A stretch of DNA of 64,000 bases from Eledone cirrhosa. Its lineage: Eukaryota. The notes beneath the pieces were generated by a model. That model made no database searches and was not told where the DNA came from. It saw only the letters and a list, made by a program, of their open reading frames with translations. The stretch is taken from positions 387,314,001 to 387,378,000 of the forward strand of contig OZ024740.1 in NCBI GenBank assembly GCA_964016885.1, given 5' to 3'. Below, piece after piece: positions 13,920 through 25,593 of the stretch. Each line of letters opens with the position of its first letter. The first letter of the stretch is position 1. The translations under genes were made by a program, and so were the position numbers.

Positions 13920-14269
13920 CATGGTGGGAATAATTCTTATTGGAACCACCAATAGTTGAAGAATCCGCCACACTCTTCAGGGGAGTTTAATTTTTCAAAA
14001 GCTAAAAGAAATTGACCAAGAAATCATACATACTATTTCATTGTACCAGACGGTGGTCTTCTGGCTGCTATTTCTAGCCACATTATAAGCCTGTCACATA
14101 GTCCTAATATGTTAGGATATTTTTGGACATGTAACACTATGTGTGTTTTTATTCTAGCATACTACCTCAGTAAATGAAATAGTATGTATGATTTCTTGGT
14201 CAATTTCTATTAGCTTTTGAAGAATTAAACTCCCCTGAGTTGGTTCCAATAAGAATTCTTCCCCATATG
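13920..14269. repeat. Imperfect inverted repeat (13920-14043 versus 14172-14269)
   Basis: GGGGAGTTTAATT...CATACATACTATTTCATT is reverse-complemented at 14172-14238. Confidence 0.8.
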
Positions 14270-14439
14270 AAACCTTTGTAAAAACCTATTGCTCCTCTGA
14301 GGGGTTCCTCTCATTGAAATGGTTAAATATTAGAGACTAATTAACATTCAATTAATATATATACCAAGGGTGGTGGAACTGGGGGGCGCCCTCAGGTGAT
14401 ATATATATATAAACTCTCTTTTCTTTCTTCTCTTTTTTA

Positions 14440-14810
14440 TTCTTTGACGGAGAGGTGGTAGTACACTATAAGCCTTCGCCCCTTCCCCAGATGGTCATTA
14501 GTAGACCGAATAGCCATCACTTGAGGGCGACTGACCGAGGGGAAAGCAGCTAGTTGGTCAGTCGTCCTCTCTGTCTCTAATTTTCGGACCCATGGATTTT
14601 TATATATTCCTTTGTTATATTTCGAATACCTGATGATATCACCGGATTCATACGGAACCCGGTCATTGAAATGATTATAGTATAATAAACTTTTCAAGGA
14701 TTTACACCAGTCCAGCCTCCTGTTATTTTATTCATAATAATTAATTCCGTATTCGCACCACCAACTACACAAACGAAGACGGGTGAACTGCACTACGTTG
14801 AGTACTTTCC
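14440..14810 (+). mobile_element. Penelope-like LTR family C (copy 1)
   Basis: Homologous to 24480-24932; contains a hammerhead motif. Confidence 0.65.
14626..14683 (+). ncRNA. Minimal type-I hammerhead ribozyme motif, family C
   Basis: ATAC CTGATGA [..ACCGG..CCGGT..] GAAA TGATTA T A GTAT. Stem I ATAC/GTAT; near-palindromic stem III. Confidence 0.7.
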
Positions 14811-14886
14811 ATAAAATTGCATCAAGATTGACCATACGGAATGCCCAATTCTATCCGGAATGCCCAATTACAACAAACCTAAATAA

Positions 14887-14918
<32 letters not shown>

Positions 14919-15017
14919 CAATTGAATGTTAATTATATTTTCCAGGAGATTCCAACCAGAATGGTTGCATTTTTTCAGGGTATGTCAATATTTATTTATA
15001 AAACTAACCTATATTAT

Positions 15018-15081
15018 ATTTTATCTGATGAAAGCGCATCATAATTTGCCTTGGTGGCCCTTGAAATATGTATAATGAAAT
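15018..15081 (+). ncRNA. Minimal type-I hammerhead ribozyme motif, family D (repeat spans about 14920-15130)
   Basis: ATTTTAT CTGATGA [AAGCGCATCA..TGGTGGCCCTT] GAAA TATGTA T A ATGAAAT. Sister copies at 40308 and 56125. Confidence 0.7.
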
Positions 15082-15144
15082 AAATATGGTTTTATAAATA
15101 TAGTTTCCATTTGTTAATATATTATGTATATATATATATATATG

Positions 15145-15416
15145 CAGGGCCGGCGCTACCATATAGGCAAACTAGGCACCCGCGAAGGGCACCGATTTCA
15201 AGGGGTGCATTTCTCCAAATCAACAATTTCGAAAAATAAATTTCAGTTTTATTGAGCGTCGTTTTTTATCCTGGTTCATTTCATACAGATACAAATAAAT
15301 GTTGAAAAAAAATTTTTTTTTAATTTATTGTTTATAAATTTTGAAATTGCTGGGAGGGGCGGAGAGTGCAGAATCTAACCTTGCCTAGAATGCCAGATAG
15401 TCTGTCGCCGGCCCTG
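15145..15416. mobile_element. hAT-like MITE
   Basis: Perfect 11-bp TIR CAGGGCCGGCG / CGCCGGCCCTG; inserted in a TA-rich tract. Confidence 0.8.
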
Positions 15417-17584
15417 TGTATATATGAGCAGAACATGCGAAATAAATCTGGCGAATGCGACGAGATATTTTTAGTTTATTATTTCGACAAAATACCGATA
15501 ATTTCATGTTATATTTTTGTTTGTTTCGTTTCGTGTTTCTTTCTATTTTTATCGAACCACACACCCGACCTTTCTATGTCGAAGAATTACAAGACGGGTT
15601 CATTGGTGCATTCTCTTTTAAACACTTCCTGTTTTGTTCCTCTGCAGTGGAGTTGATTTATTTCACGGGGGAGAATTTAGCCCCTTCTCACCACTGTTAT
15701 AATAAATTACGGCCTTTAATAATTTAATTACAGGCTATCCTATATATCAATAATCATTATTTGTAGTTGTTTTATGTGGTTATATATCGCCTCTTTAAAA
15801 TATATATATAAATCAATAATGTGAGAGAGATCAAATTTCATGAGGTGTGTTAGTAATTAATGTTTATGATAGTGTTAAAAAACTAACGTCGAGTTCCCAT
15901 TTTCTATTCTTGTCATTCTGCTGTTTAATTTGTTATGTTTACAAGATTACGAATACAATTACATTATCTCCCACCTCTTTGTAGTTTTAATTTGTTTTGA
16001 AAGGGAATCATAACGCAGATAGTGGTTTTAAATCAAACAATTTATTGGCACCGAAGTATACCTAGAGTAGATGAGGCAAGCGATATGGGAGTAGAATGAA
16101 ATACAATGTAGGGAAGTGTGTGTGTGATGAGAGGTGAAGGAAAAACAATTAAATGAGAGAAGAAAGAGTGAAAAGAAGAAAAACAACGAGACGTGCAGAA
16201 AATGTAATAATACTAAGGGAGAAAAAGAAAGAGTGAGAAGTGAAAGAAGTTAAGTACACGATTGTCGTCTGTTATTATTCAATTTATTTGTTGCAATTGG
16301 ATAAGACTTTTTATTGTGGGAAATGAAATTGCGTTAGTCACGTCATTCTCATGGGCATTCGTGTCATAAATGAACTGAAATTGATTCAACTGAGAATCAA
16401 TTTATTTTTGTTCGTCACACCAACTTGATACCTTACTGGTAGCGGTAGTAGTGATAAGGTATTAAGTAGGTGCAAATTAAACTGGTTACAGTGGCTCACC
16501 ATTAAGCTTACTAAACATTCTCTCCCTTATCTCCCTATAATCCTTATATATCAGACCCAAAGCATTGTGGTTTAAATTTTACTTATATCGATTTTAATTA
16601 GTCTTTTTAACAAGCAATGACTCAATGAAGAAATTTGTTAATGGCTCTCTTCTTAGTCTACCATGAATTCTTATAGGGAGTGTGCATATCTTTTCTTTTT
16701 TTTTTTCCTTTCTGACTCATTTTATTGTTATTGTCCATTTGCTTTGTTGATTGTATGTTAATGTATTTTAAAATGTTTGCAATACAATTTTTACAAAACT
16801 ATTAATCCATTAAATACTACTGTTTTGTACTTTATAATTTTGCTGATGATACAAATTGATTGTTATTCAACAAATTACTTCATAAAAGGTTTATTCATTA
16901 CTTATAATCTCTCAAGAAAATGCATACAAAGACAGACCAATGAAAAAAGCTCTAAGTGGTCGTTCGGCCTACTAGAAATAACAGCTAAATCTCCCTCAAA
17001 TCATAATCTACTGTTTTAAAAAAAGGAGGATACATTAAATGATATATATTGATATTGAAAAAGAAAAGACATGAGGGTCACTGCTGGAAGATCTATGATA
17101 GTAGGTCAGCTCTATGGGTTGACCTAGAAATAAACAACAGCCAACCACATACTCTTCTCTAAAGTTAAGAATTAATAATGTACCCAAGTCTTTGATTACA
17201 TTTCATGGTGCAGAAAATGGTGGTCTATATAAAAATGAGAATTATGACTGAAAATAAACAATCTTGATATAATTACTCAAGTCTAATTTTACATCAGCCT
17301 CAGCCAGTTAAAAAGAGAAAAGAGGAAAATTTTCTGACCTAATAAAATGTGCAAAGATACTATTTATGCACATGTTCATTATCAACAACATCATTCCCCC
17401 TGAATTCTAAAATACATTATCTCAATGCTATCAATTATATATAAAGTTTATTCACATCACACTACACTCTAGAACATTGACCCTCATACTTGATGACATT
17501 TACAGGTAGAATTTAAACCTCAGTCAAATCTTTCAGTTAGAATACAATAGCTATTATTTTTTTTAATGTTTGTATGTTTGATAA

Positions 17585-18235
17585 GTTGGGAATTAGCAGT
17601 CATTAGAATATTGGATGGAATGCTTTGCAATATTTGTTCTCTCCTGCTTGCTGAGTTCAAATCACATCAAGGTCAACTTTTTCTTTCGTGGTCAATAAAA
17701 AAGTACCAGTCTAATATTGGGGTCAATTCTTCCTCTTATCTCTTTCTCACTTCCTCTCTCTCACTTTCTATCCTTTTCTGGAAGAAATCTGCTGCACTTA
17801 GGCCTGGAGAGGGTTGGGCTCCGCCAGGCTTAAAATGCCCAAGAAACGCTGTATGTCAATACGGTGCTCCTTATTAGGAGTTATGGGACCATACTATACC
17901 ATACCATGTTTGTCATAGGAGTGGATAGATGAGTAATTGGAAGAGTTGCAATATTTGTTCCAACTCTCTTTCTCTCTAAGTTCAAATTTCAGTGAGATCA
18001 ACTGCGCCTTTCATCATTTTGAGGTTGATAAAAATGTACCAGTCAAGTACTGAAGTTGATACTTCCTCTATATCTCTTTCGCACTTACACTCTTTCTCTC
18101 TTCTTCTCTGGAAGAAATCAGATGTGTTCAACACTGGAGAGGAGATGGGCGCCACAAGAATTAAAGCGCTCAAAACACACTGCATATCATGACAGCACTC
18201 CTATGATTCCATCAGAAATAACAGATCTGTACATG
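17585..18235 (+). mobile_element. Two tandem SINEs, family S3 (S2-like head with a different GC-richer tail)
   Basis: GAGTTCAAAT B box, Nin-like centre, tail CTGGAAGAAATC..CCTGGAGAGG..AAAATGCCC. Other copies at about 21835-22100(-), 32820-33095(-), 40455-40770(-), 46605-46910(+) and 57295-57585(+). Confidence 0.7.
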
Positions 18236-18468
18236 CATACACAAGAGGTAGACAGTGAGTATGATCTTTGCAGAAAATATGGGCAAGTTGGGGGGGGGGG
18301 GTCTAGAGATTTAGGGTTCTGAGTATGCGGGATCAGAGAGTAAGAGTTTGGGTGACAGAAAGAAAAGATGTAGCAGTGTCATGCTCTCTCTTTCACTGGA
18401 TGAAAATAGCTTTTTCTGACCTGGAGAGGAGTGGGTTCCTCCAAGATTTGCTATGCTTTGTTTAGCTA

Positions 18469-18510
18469 TATCCCTTTAGATTCTTCATTCAGAAGAATCT
18501 AAAGGGATAT
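18469..18510. repeat. Perfect hairpin
   Basis: ATATCCCTTTAGATTCTTC-attca-GAAGAATCTAAAGGGATAT. Confidence 0.85.
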
Positions 18511-18688
18511 TATTATCAATTGTAGAACTTCTAAAAGAAGAGTAGAGACAGACTTCTAGAATATATTTGCCAACCTGAGAAAGAAGCAGTTGCTCAATGT
18601 TTATATCATGCAAATTAGGAATTAACAGAAGAGTTTGGTTAAAGCATAGAAAAAATTAGTGATGCATTTAGGAAATAAGCAGAGCAGG

Positions 18689-18911
18689 TACATTCAAAGG
18701 TATTTAAGCAATCTACTTACATTAAAAACTGCTTTTAATCACTTACAATTGTTTCAGGTAGACTCGCTTTCAGTTTATTAATTAACAAAAACAAGTTGGT
18801 TGTATATAGCACTTAAGCGAGCTCATTTCACAGTCTACCCGAAATAATTGTAAGTGATTAAAACCTGTTTTTAATGAAAGTGATTGATTTTCTTAAATAC
18901 TTTTGAATATA
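18689..18911. mobile_element. Inverted pair of Penelope-like LTR fragments, each with a hammerhead 3' half
   Basis: Arms about 18689-18762 and 18833-18911. Each reads AGTCTACCY-GAAA-YAATTG-T-A-AGTGA outward (palindromic stem III, GUA site). Confidence 0.55.
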
Positions 18912-19169
18912 TATCATCATTATCACCGTTTTACGTCCGTTCTTCCACACTAGCATGGGTTAGACGGGTTGCCCAGTTGTGAGCAGTGTCTGGTCCGCTG
19001 ACCTTGTCTTGCTCATACGGGATATAAGTGATATCTCAGTAAGCAAGAGATGGAATGAGACATATAGGAAGGTGTGGAAAAGAAAGGTCTGGAAGCTAAA
19101 AGACCTTTCACTAAAATACAAATTTAGGAAAGCCCTTCAAGATGTATATGTGCAGTGTAAATTTGTGTG

Positions 19170-19503
19170 AACGACCCAGCATGAATGTGTTGAGAGAGAA
19201 ACTGTGTCTGAGAGGGATAGAATGTAGTGTACGGGAGGGGAGACAGGTGGTATGGACATGTGATGCGCATGGAGGATGACCGATGGGTGAAGAAGTGCCA
19301 GCAAGTGCCAGTTGAAGGAAGACGTGGTAGAGGTAGACCAAGAAAAACATGAGCGGAGGTGGTGAGAACAGACCTCAGATCGTTGAAGCTCACGGTGGAG
19401 ATGACGAAGGACCGTGACGAGTGGAGAGATGCTGTGCTGAATAAGACCCGTCCCACCCTTGCGAGCAGGGAAGAGCGGACGTAAAATGATGATGATGATG
19501 ATA
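19170..19503 (+). mobile_element. RTE LINE 3' end (third family)
   Basis: WYGHVMRMEDDRWVKKC..GRRGRGRPRKT..DRDEWRDAV, then CCCACCCTTGCGAGCAGGGAAGAGCGGACGTAAAA(TGA)n. Confidence 0.85.
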
Positions 19504-19686
19504 TCATTATCATCTCAATGTTATATATATCATCATCATCATCATCATATATATATATAAACATCATCATTATCACTTTTATGTCCACTTTTCTATTCCA
19601 GCTTGAGTTGTGTAATATTTTTTGAGGCAGGATTTTATAGCTGGATACTCTTCTTGATATTAAACTCTTACGTACTTTTAAGTATG

Positions 19687-19734
<48 letters not shown>

Positions 19735-19735
<1 letters not shown>

Positions 19736-20110
19736 CGACCGTGACCTCTGGCGTCACGCAGTAATACAGAAGACCCGACTTACCACGGATACAAGCCGAA
19801 GCTGAAGCATATAGACAATATGCCCCCACCCCCTCTCACTGCAAAGTGGTCGTGGAGGTGCCACGGCAAAAAAGCACACCCAGCCCACACTGTAAATAGG
19901 ACGTGGAGGTGCCATGGGAAAAAAGCACCCAGCACTCACTGTAAATGAGGTTGGAGTTAGGAAGGGCATCTAGCTGTAGAAATCAAGCCAGAATCAGTTC
20001 CCATATGAGCAAGACAAGGTCAGCCGACTCGACACTGCCCACAACAGGACAACCCGTCTAACCCATGCTAGCATGGAAGAACGGACGTAAAATGGTGATG
20101 ATGATGATGA
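19735..20110 (+). mobile_element. 5'-truncated RTE end (last codons + 3' UTR)
   Basis: DRDLWRHAVIQKTRL, then the GCACC-repeat UTR and (GAT)n tail; lies between TA tracts. Confidence 0.8.
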
Positions 20111-20175
20111 TATATACACACACATATATATATATATATATAAAGATAAGTTTTTTTTAGCAAAGTTTGAAATTT

Positions 20176-20368
20176 AGTAAAAATAGAAGCTTTCGCCGTA
20201 TTTTTGACTGAAGAAATTTTAACCTGATAGTGGGATTTAAAACACTGAAAAATGGAAAAGGATGAGTTCAATACTCATCCTTTTCCATTTTTTAAAGGGT
20301 TTTAAACCCCATTAAAAGTCTAAAATTTCTTTAGTCAAAAATACAGCAAAAACTTCTATTTCTACTAT
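20176..20368. repeat. Foldback element, imperfect inverted repeat with arms of about 95 bp
   Basis: Centre AAAAATGGAAAAGGATGAGT-tcaat-ACTCATCCTTTTCCATTTTT; outer arms GTATTTTTGACT / AGTCAAAAATAC. Confidence 0.8.
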
Positions 20369-20889
20369 ATATATATATATATATATTGGGTGAGAGAGTG
20401 TGATACATACAATGTTGATGATATAAGTAAGTGTGTGTGTGTGTGTGAATTATCATCATCAGCATTTGACATCCATTTTTCCAGCCAACAAGGGTTGGCC
20501 AGGTGACCAAGTTAGTACTCAAGCAGAACTACTGACATCTCAGACAAGCTGAGTACCAATCACATTTACATATGTTCCCAAACTCTACAGAGTGCTGTGG
20601 GGGCACTTACATCTTGCTCTACTGACTACATTTTATCCTGACACCAGCATTCGGGAGATTGTTATGTTATTGACACAGCTGAAGAGTTCTCCTGATCCTT
20701 TGTTTGGCATGGTTTCTACAGCTGAATACCTTTCCCATCATCAATCAATCACAGGGCATACTAGGTGCATTTTTGAGGCACCAGAACTAAAGAGAGTCCC
20801 CTCAACCCCTTTTGGCAGGGTTTCTATTGCTGGAAACCCTTCCTAACTCTAACCACTTTTCTCTCATTTCTTTATATTGCTGTCATCTT

Positions 20890-21370
20890 CTGTGTTCATC
20901 CCATCTCCATACTATTGCAATCTTCTCTCATGCATATTGTATCAGACCCCTCTTATACAGAATTTTTATCTCAGCTTACTTGTGCTCTGCAATTCATGCA
21001 CACTAATATTATACATCCACCAGAACATACTTGCTTCATTTCTTTCTAGCCTTCACAGGACTTCAGCGATCAAGGTTCATATCTTACCCCCATGAAGCAT
21101 TGCAATTCATACCCAATCATTATACAGCCTATCTTTCACTTTGAGAGAGAAGCCCTTTGTTGTCAGCCTATATACTAGCTCCCTCAACTTTTTCCAACCT
21201 GTTCTTATTCTGGCTACCACACTTTCAGGGCATCGTACCCCACTGCTGATTAGGTCCCCTAGGTAATAGACAATGTCAACAACTTCTAGGGAGCTTCCCA
21301 TGCAATTGAGGGAGTCCACTTCATGTGTACTCTAAATGTTTCTTGTGCATCTGCCACATACAAAGTTTAT
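20890..21370 (-). mobile_element. Old RTE fragment
   Basis: LEVVDIVYYLGDLISSG..ESVVARIRTGWKKLREL. Confidence 0.8.
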
Positions 21371-21734
21371 CTAGGAAAACTTTGGATGATGTGGTGAAGG
21401 CTGACCTCACACAGCTGAACCTCATGAAGAAAATGGCACAGGATTGAGATGACTAACAACATGTCTTCCATGTGAACAGGATGAAATGAACACGGAGCGA
21501 CTTTCCGGTACTTGGGGAATACAGGGTGAGATTCCTTACAGCAGCCAATGGCAACTTCTTTTTCTGTTTTTAAGAGTCATCACCCTATTTTATAAGGTAC
21601 TTTATAGTATCTCTGTGCATAAGCACACCACTCTTATATTAACTTTATTCCCTCAGAACTTCGTAAAAGTCCATGCATAAGCTATTTTATAGCATTTCCA
21701 TGCATGAGCACACCACTCTATACATACATACATT

Positions 21735-21817
<83 letters not shown>

Positions 21818-22279
21818 GTGTGTTTTTTTTAAAGTCCCATAACTCCTGATGGAGTGACAGGGGTACCGTAGTGGCATTTCTAGGGCATTTCAAGCCTGGT
21901 GCAGCCCATCCCTCCCCTGTAGATTATTTCCAGAAAAGGACAAAGTGAGAGAGAGAAAATGAGAAAGAGATATAGAGGAAGAATCGGCCCCAGTACTTGA
22001 CTGGTACTTGTTTTATTGGCCTGGAAAGGATGAAAGGCAAAGTTAACCTTGGTAGGATTTGAACTCAGAGAGAAGAAAGCCAGAATGAATACCGCAAACA
22101 CTATACACACTTTGATTAGAATGCTGTTGAAGTGTGTATACATTTTTAGGGGACACACTGTGTGTGTGTGTGTATATATATAGAGAGAGGGGGAGAGATG
22201 GGAGTGAGAGAGAAAGAGGGAGGACAGATGGGAGAGAGAAAGAGAGAGGAAGATGGGAGGGAGAGGGACCAACCTGATA

Positions 22280-22895
22280 CACATACAAACACATATATAA
22301 ACCCCTATACTTCAATACAGACAACAACTACAACGGTACGTGATGGGGCCCACCCACAGCCCCGGCGGACAGGATGGAGAAGGCGTTTCCCCGGAGGACG
22401 CCAAGGGAGACGCGCTGGAAAAGCCACTCCAACTCGCAGGGCTCACACCTGCGGCTGGCCAGCTCAGCGCCTATGGTGGTGAGTAGGGAGGTAGCCCTAG
22501 GGCCGAGGACACCAGAAGTCTCCACTGCCCGGGGTATGACTGCAAACCTGTCGGAGAGCGACCGGTATTTGAGGAGTTTGGCCCCCTCAGGCCGACGTGC
22601 AGCAGAACCTGGGTCAGTCGCAGACTGCACCAGGTTACGGCAGGCGAAAGTGTTGGTGCAAGTAGCATCCTAGACGAGGGGTTTGCCGCTGCGGAACGGG
22701 AAGATGGTCATACCGTCTGGCCTTTTGCCATCCCCTCGATCCAGCCCCACCAGCTCGAGCTGGGAAGGGAAGCCTGCAGTGTCCAAGCCATGCTTTATGA
22801 CCTCATTGAGGGCAGCATGGCGTGGCAGGCAGCCGGCTCTGTGGCGACAGGCAAGCAGGTGGAGGCTGAAAGGGTCCACGGTGGTTCAACACAGA
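22280..22895 (-). mobile_element. CRE-clade non-LTR retrotransposon 3' fragment (restriction-like endonuclease domain)
   Basis: HLLAC..RHAALN..KRPDG..PLV*DATC..KY..AVETSG.LG..LFQRVSLGVLRGNA. ORFs 22670-22879 and 22328-22630 are one frame broken by a single TAG at the expected Trp. GC-rich. Confidence 0.85.
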
Positions 22896-23121
22896 TATAA
22901 GATGATATTGCAATCATAAATAGAATAGCAACATAACTTCCATACCAACCTAACCCACCCCATACATAACACACATTATTACTGACATCCTCTGTGAGAT
23001 ACCACCAATACCAGCCCACTGCTATCTATTAGGATAACATCAAAAAAGTATATACATAATAAATAAATAAATATTCCAACCCTTCCAAATATTTCTACGA
23101 GTATTCCTGATATTTCTTAGA

Positions 23122-23303
23122 CATACATATATGCATGCATATATGTATGTATATATATATATATACATGCATACATACATGTAAACATACATATATGTAT
23201 GCATGCATACATACATATTTGCACACACACATACACACATACATACATACATACATACATACATACATACATACATACATACATACATACATACATACAT
23301 ACA

Positions 23304-23334
<31 letters not shown>

Positions 23335-23335
23335 T
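23122..23335. repeat. (TACA)n / (TA)n microsatellite
   Basis: Read directly from the sequence. Confidence 0.95.
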
Positions 23336-23816
23336 TCATATGTGAAATCATACATTGATTCTAAAATTATGTTAGAGTTTTAGTGCTTTTAAGGTTCATA
23401 TATTCATTTGCAGGAAAAATTTAGCCTGTGTGAGTGTTTTGCCTGTAAATAAGCAGACCATTCCAATGTGATGATGCTTCAGTCAACTAATCCATCACAC
23501 ACACACACACGTACACTGAGTCATTCAAGATACCAGCAAAGGGTGGTGAGGCTAAATTGGAGAAGATTCTTGCATAATGATGGATGACAAAATTATTGGA
23601 ATTGCCACATTCCAACATACCCTTTCTCATTTTAACACTTATGTTAATATATTCCAAAATAAACACACTGCCTATGATTCTCTTTTAATTTTGAAAATAA
23701 TCAAGAATCTGGAGAGATTTTGTAATGTAACTAACACACACACACACACATATATATTCTTCTCCACTCCCTCTAAATACATTACACATTTGTCTCTTGT
23801 CATTTGATTATCTGAA

Positions 23817-24033
23817 TTAACCCTTTAGCATTTAAACCGGCCATATCCGGCCAGAATTCTCTCACCTCTTTCTGTTCAAACTGGCTTTAACCAGCTGCTC
23901 ATACTGATGTTAAGGTATTGTTCTCAAAATAAATAATATCAAAATCTCATAAATTCGATATTATGTGAGATATTGCCTTTACTGTAAAAATACAATAGTA
24001 TAATATAGAGTAATGTAAATGCTAAAGAGTTAA
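23817..24033 (+). mobile_element. piggyBac-like MITE (family P1), probably nested in an older TTAA-bounded element (about 23630-24184)
   Basis: TTAA-CCCTTTAGCATTTA ... TAAATGCTAAAGAG-TTAA. Confidence 0.8.
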
Positions 24034-24479
24034 GCTGGGGTTTGGAACATAACTTTTAAAATATTTCTTATATAAAATAATTATGGAAGGTTTAAAATTA
24101 AATATGAACACTTTAAAATAAACTACTTTGTATAATTAAACCAGGAGCAGTCTCAGTTGGTTGGTTTAGGATCAAAATGGTTAATCTAACCGTATATCTC
24201 TGCATGTTTTATCTACCTTTCTATTCATCTGTCTCGCTCTCTTTTAGCACTTACCACCTCTCTCTCTCTCTCTTTCTCTCTCGTTATCTATCTATCTATC
24301 TATCTGTACATGTATATATATTTGGGTAAATGTGTATGTGAGGTGCATGTTTGTCTGTTTAACCATGTGTCTGTCTGGATCTTTTGCATGGGTTATCTCT
24401 CTCTCTATATATATATATATATTTATTTAGGTTTGTTGGTTCACCACTGGATAGAACTGGTCATTTCAAATGGTCAATC

Positions 24480-24932
24480 TCGATGTAATATTATGGAGAG
24501 CACTCGACGTAATGCAACTCACCCGTCTTCGTTTGTGTTGTTGGTGGTGCGAGTACGGAGTTAATTATTATAAAATAACAGGAGGCTGGACTGGTGTAAA
24601 TCCTTGAAAGGTTTATTATACTATGATCATTTTAATGACCGGCTTCAGTATGAATCCGGTGACATCATCAGGTATTCAAAATATAACAAAGGAATATAAC
24701 AGATAAAATCCATGGGGCTGAAAATCAGACGACCGACTATTTAGCAGCTTCTACCTCAGTCAGCCGACCTCTTGTCTCTGATTTTCAGCCCCATGGATTT
24801 TATCTGTTATATTCCTTTGTTATATTTTGAATACCTGATGATACCACCGGATTCATACTGAACCCGGTCATTAAAATGATCATAGTATAATAAACCTTTC
24901 AAGGATTTACACCAGTCCAGCCTCCTGTTATT
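24480..24932. mobile_element. Penelope-like LTR family C as an inverted pair, with one hammerhead motif per arm (24618-24675 minus, 24831-24888 plus)
   Basis: Arms of about 155 bp (24573-24728 and 24776-24931), few mismatches. Each arm reads ATAC CTGATGA..ACCGG..CCGGT..AAAA TGATCA T A GTAT (G12 replaced by A). Confidence 0.75.
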
Positions 24933-25182
24933 ATATATATATATATATATACATACCAAGCCAAAATATGCCCCAGGTGAGCTAAACATGGTCCTCTGAC
25001 CTATTTTTCTCCTTAAGGGTCAATCTGTCCTACCCATGCTAGTGTGGAAGATGGACGTTAAACGGTGAGGATGATGATATATATATATATGTATATATAT
25101 GATGTGTGAATGTATATGTATGATATGTGTATATATATGTATATATATATGGTATATATGTATGGTTTATATATGCATGCAA

Positions 25183-25530
25183 ATCATCATCATCACAGTT
25201 TTACGTCCATTCTTCCACGCTAGCATGGGTTAGACGGGTTGTCCTGTTGTGGGCAGTGTCCAGTCAGCTGACCTTCTCTTGCTCATACAGGAACTGATTC
25301 TGGCTTGATTTCTACAGCTGGATGCCCTTCCTAACACCAACCACATTTACAGTGAGTGCTGGGTGCTTTTTTGCTGTGGCACCTCCACGACCACTTTGCA
25401 GTGGAATGATAGCGACTCCAGTCCCTATCATCTCATTTCTACAGCTGAGTAAACTGGAGCAATGTGAAATAAAGTGTCTTGCTCAAGGAAACAACACACC
25501 ACCCAGTCTGAGAATTGAACTTACAACCTT
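25183..25530 (-). mobile_element. SINE S1, 5'-truncated, with an alternative RTE tail
   Basis: Matches the reverse complement of 34300-34545. Confidence 0.8.
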
Positions 25531-25593
25531 TTGTATTATCATGTTCTGTTTTACATCATCTTGTTTATATAATATATATATATATATATATAT

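Noticed and set aside
13349-13973. ORFs 13349-13543(+) and 13671-13973(-) as Penelope or host coding sequence
   Set aside because: No recognisable RT, GIY-YIG or other motif; a profile search would be needed.
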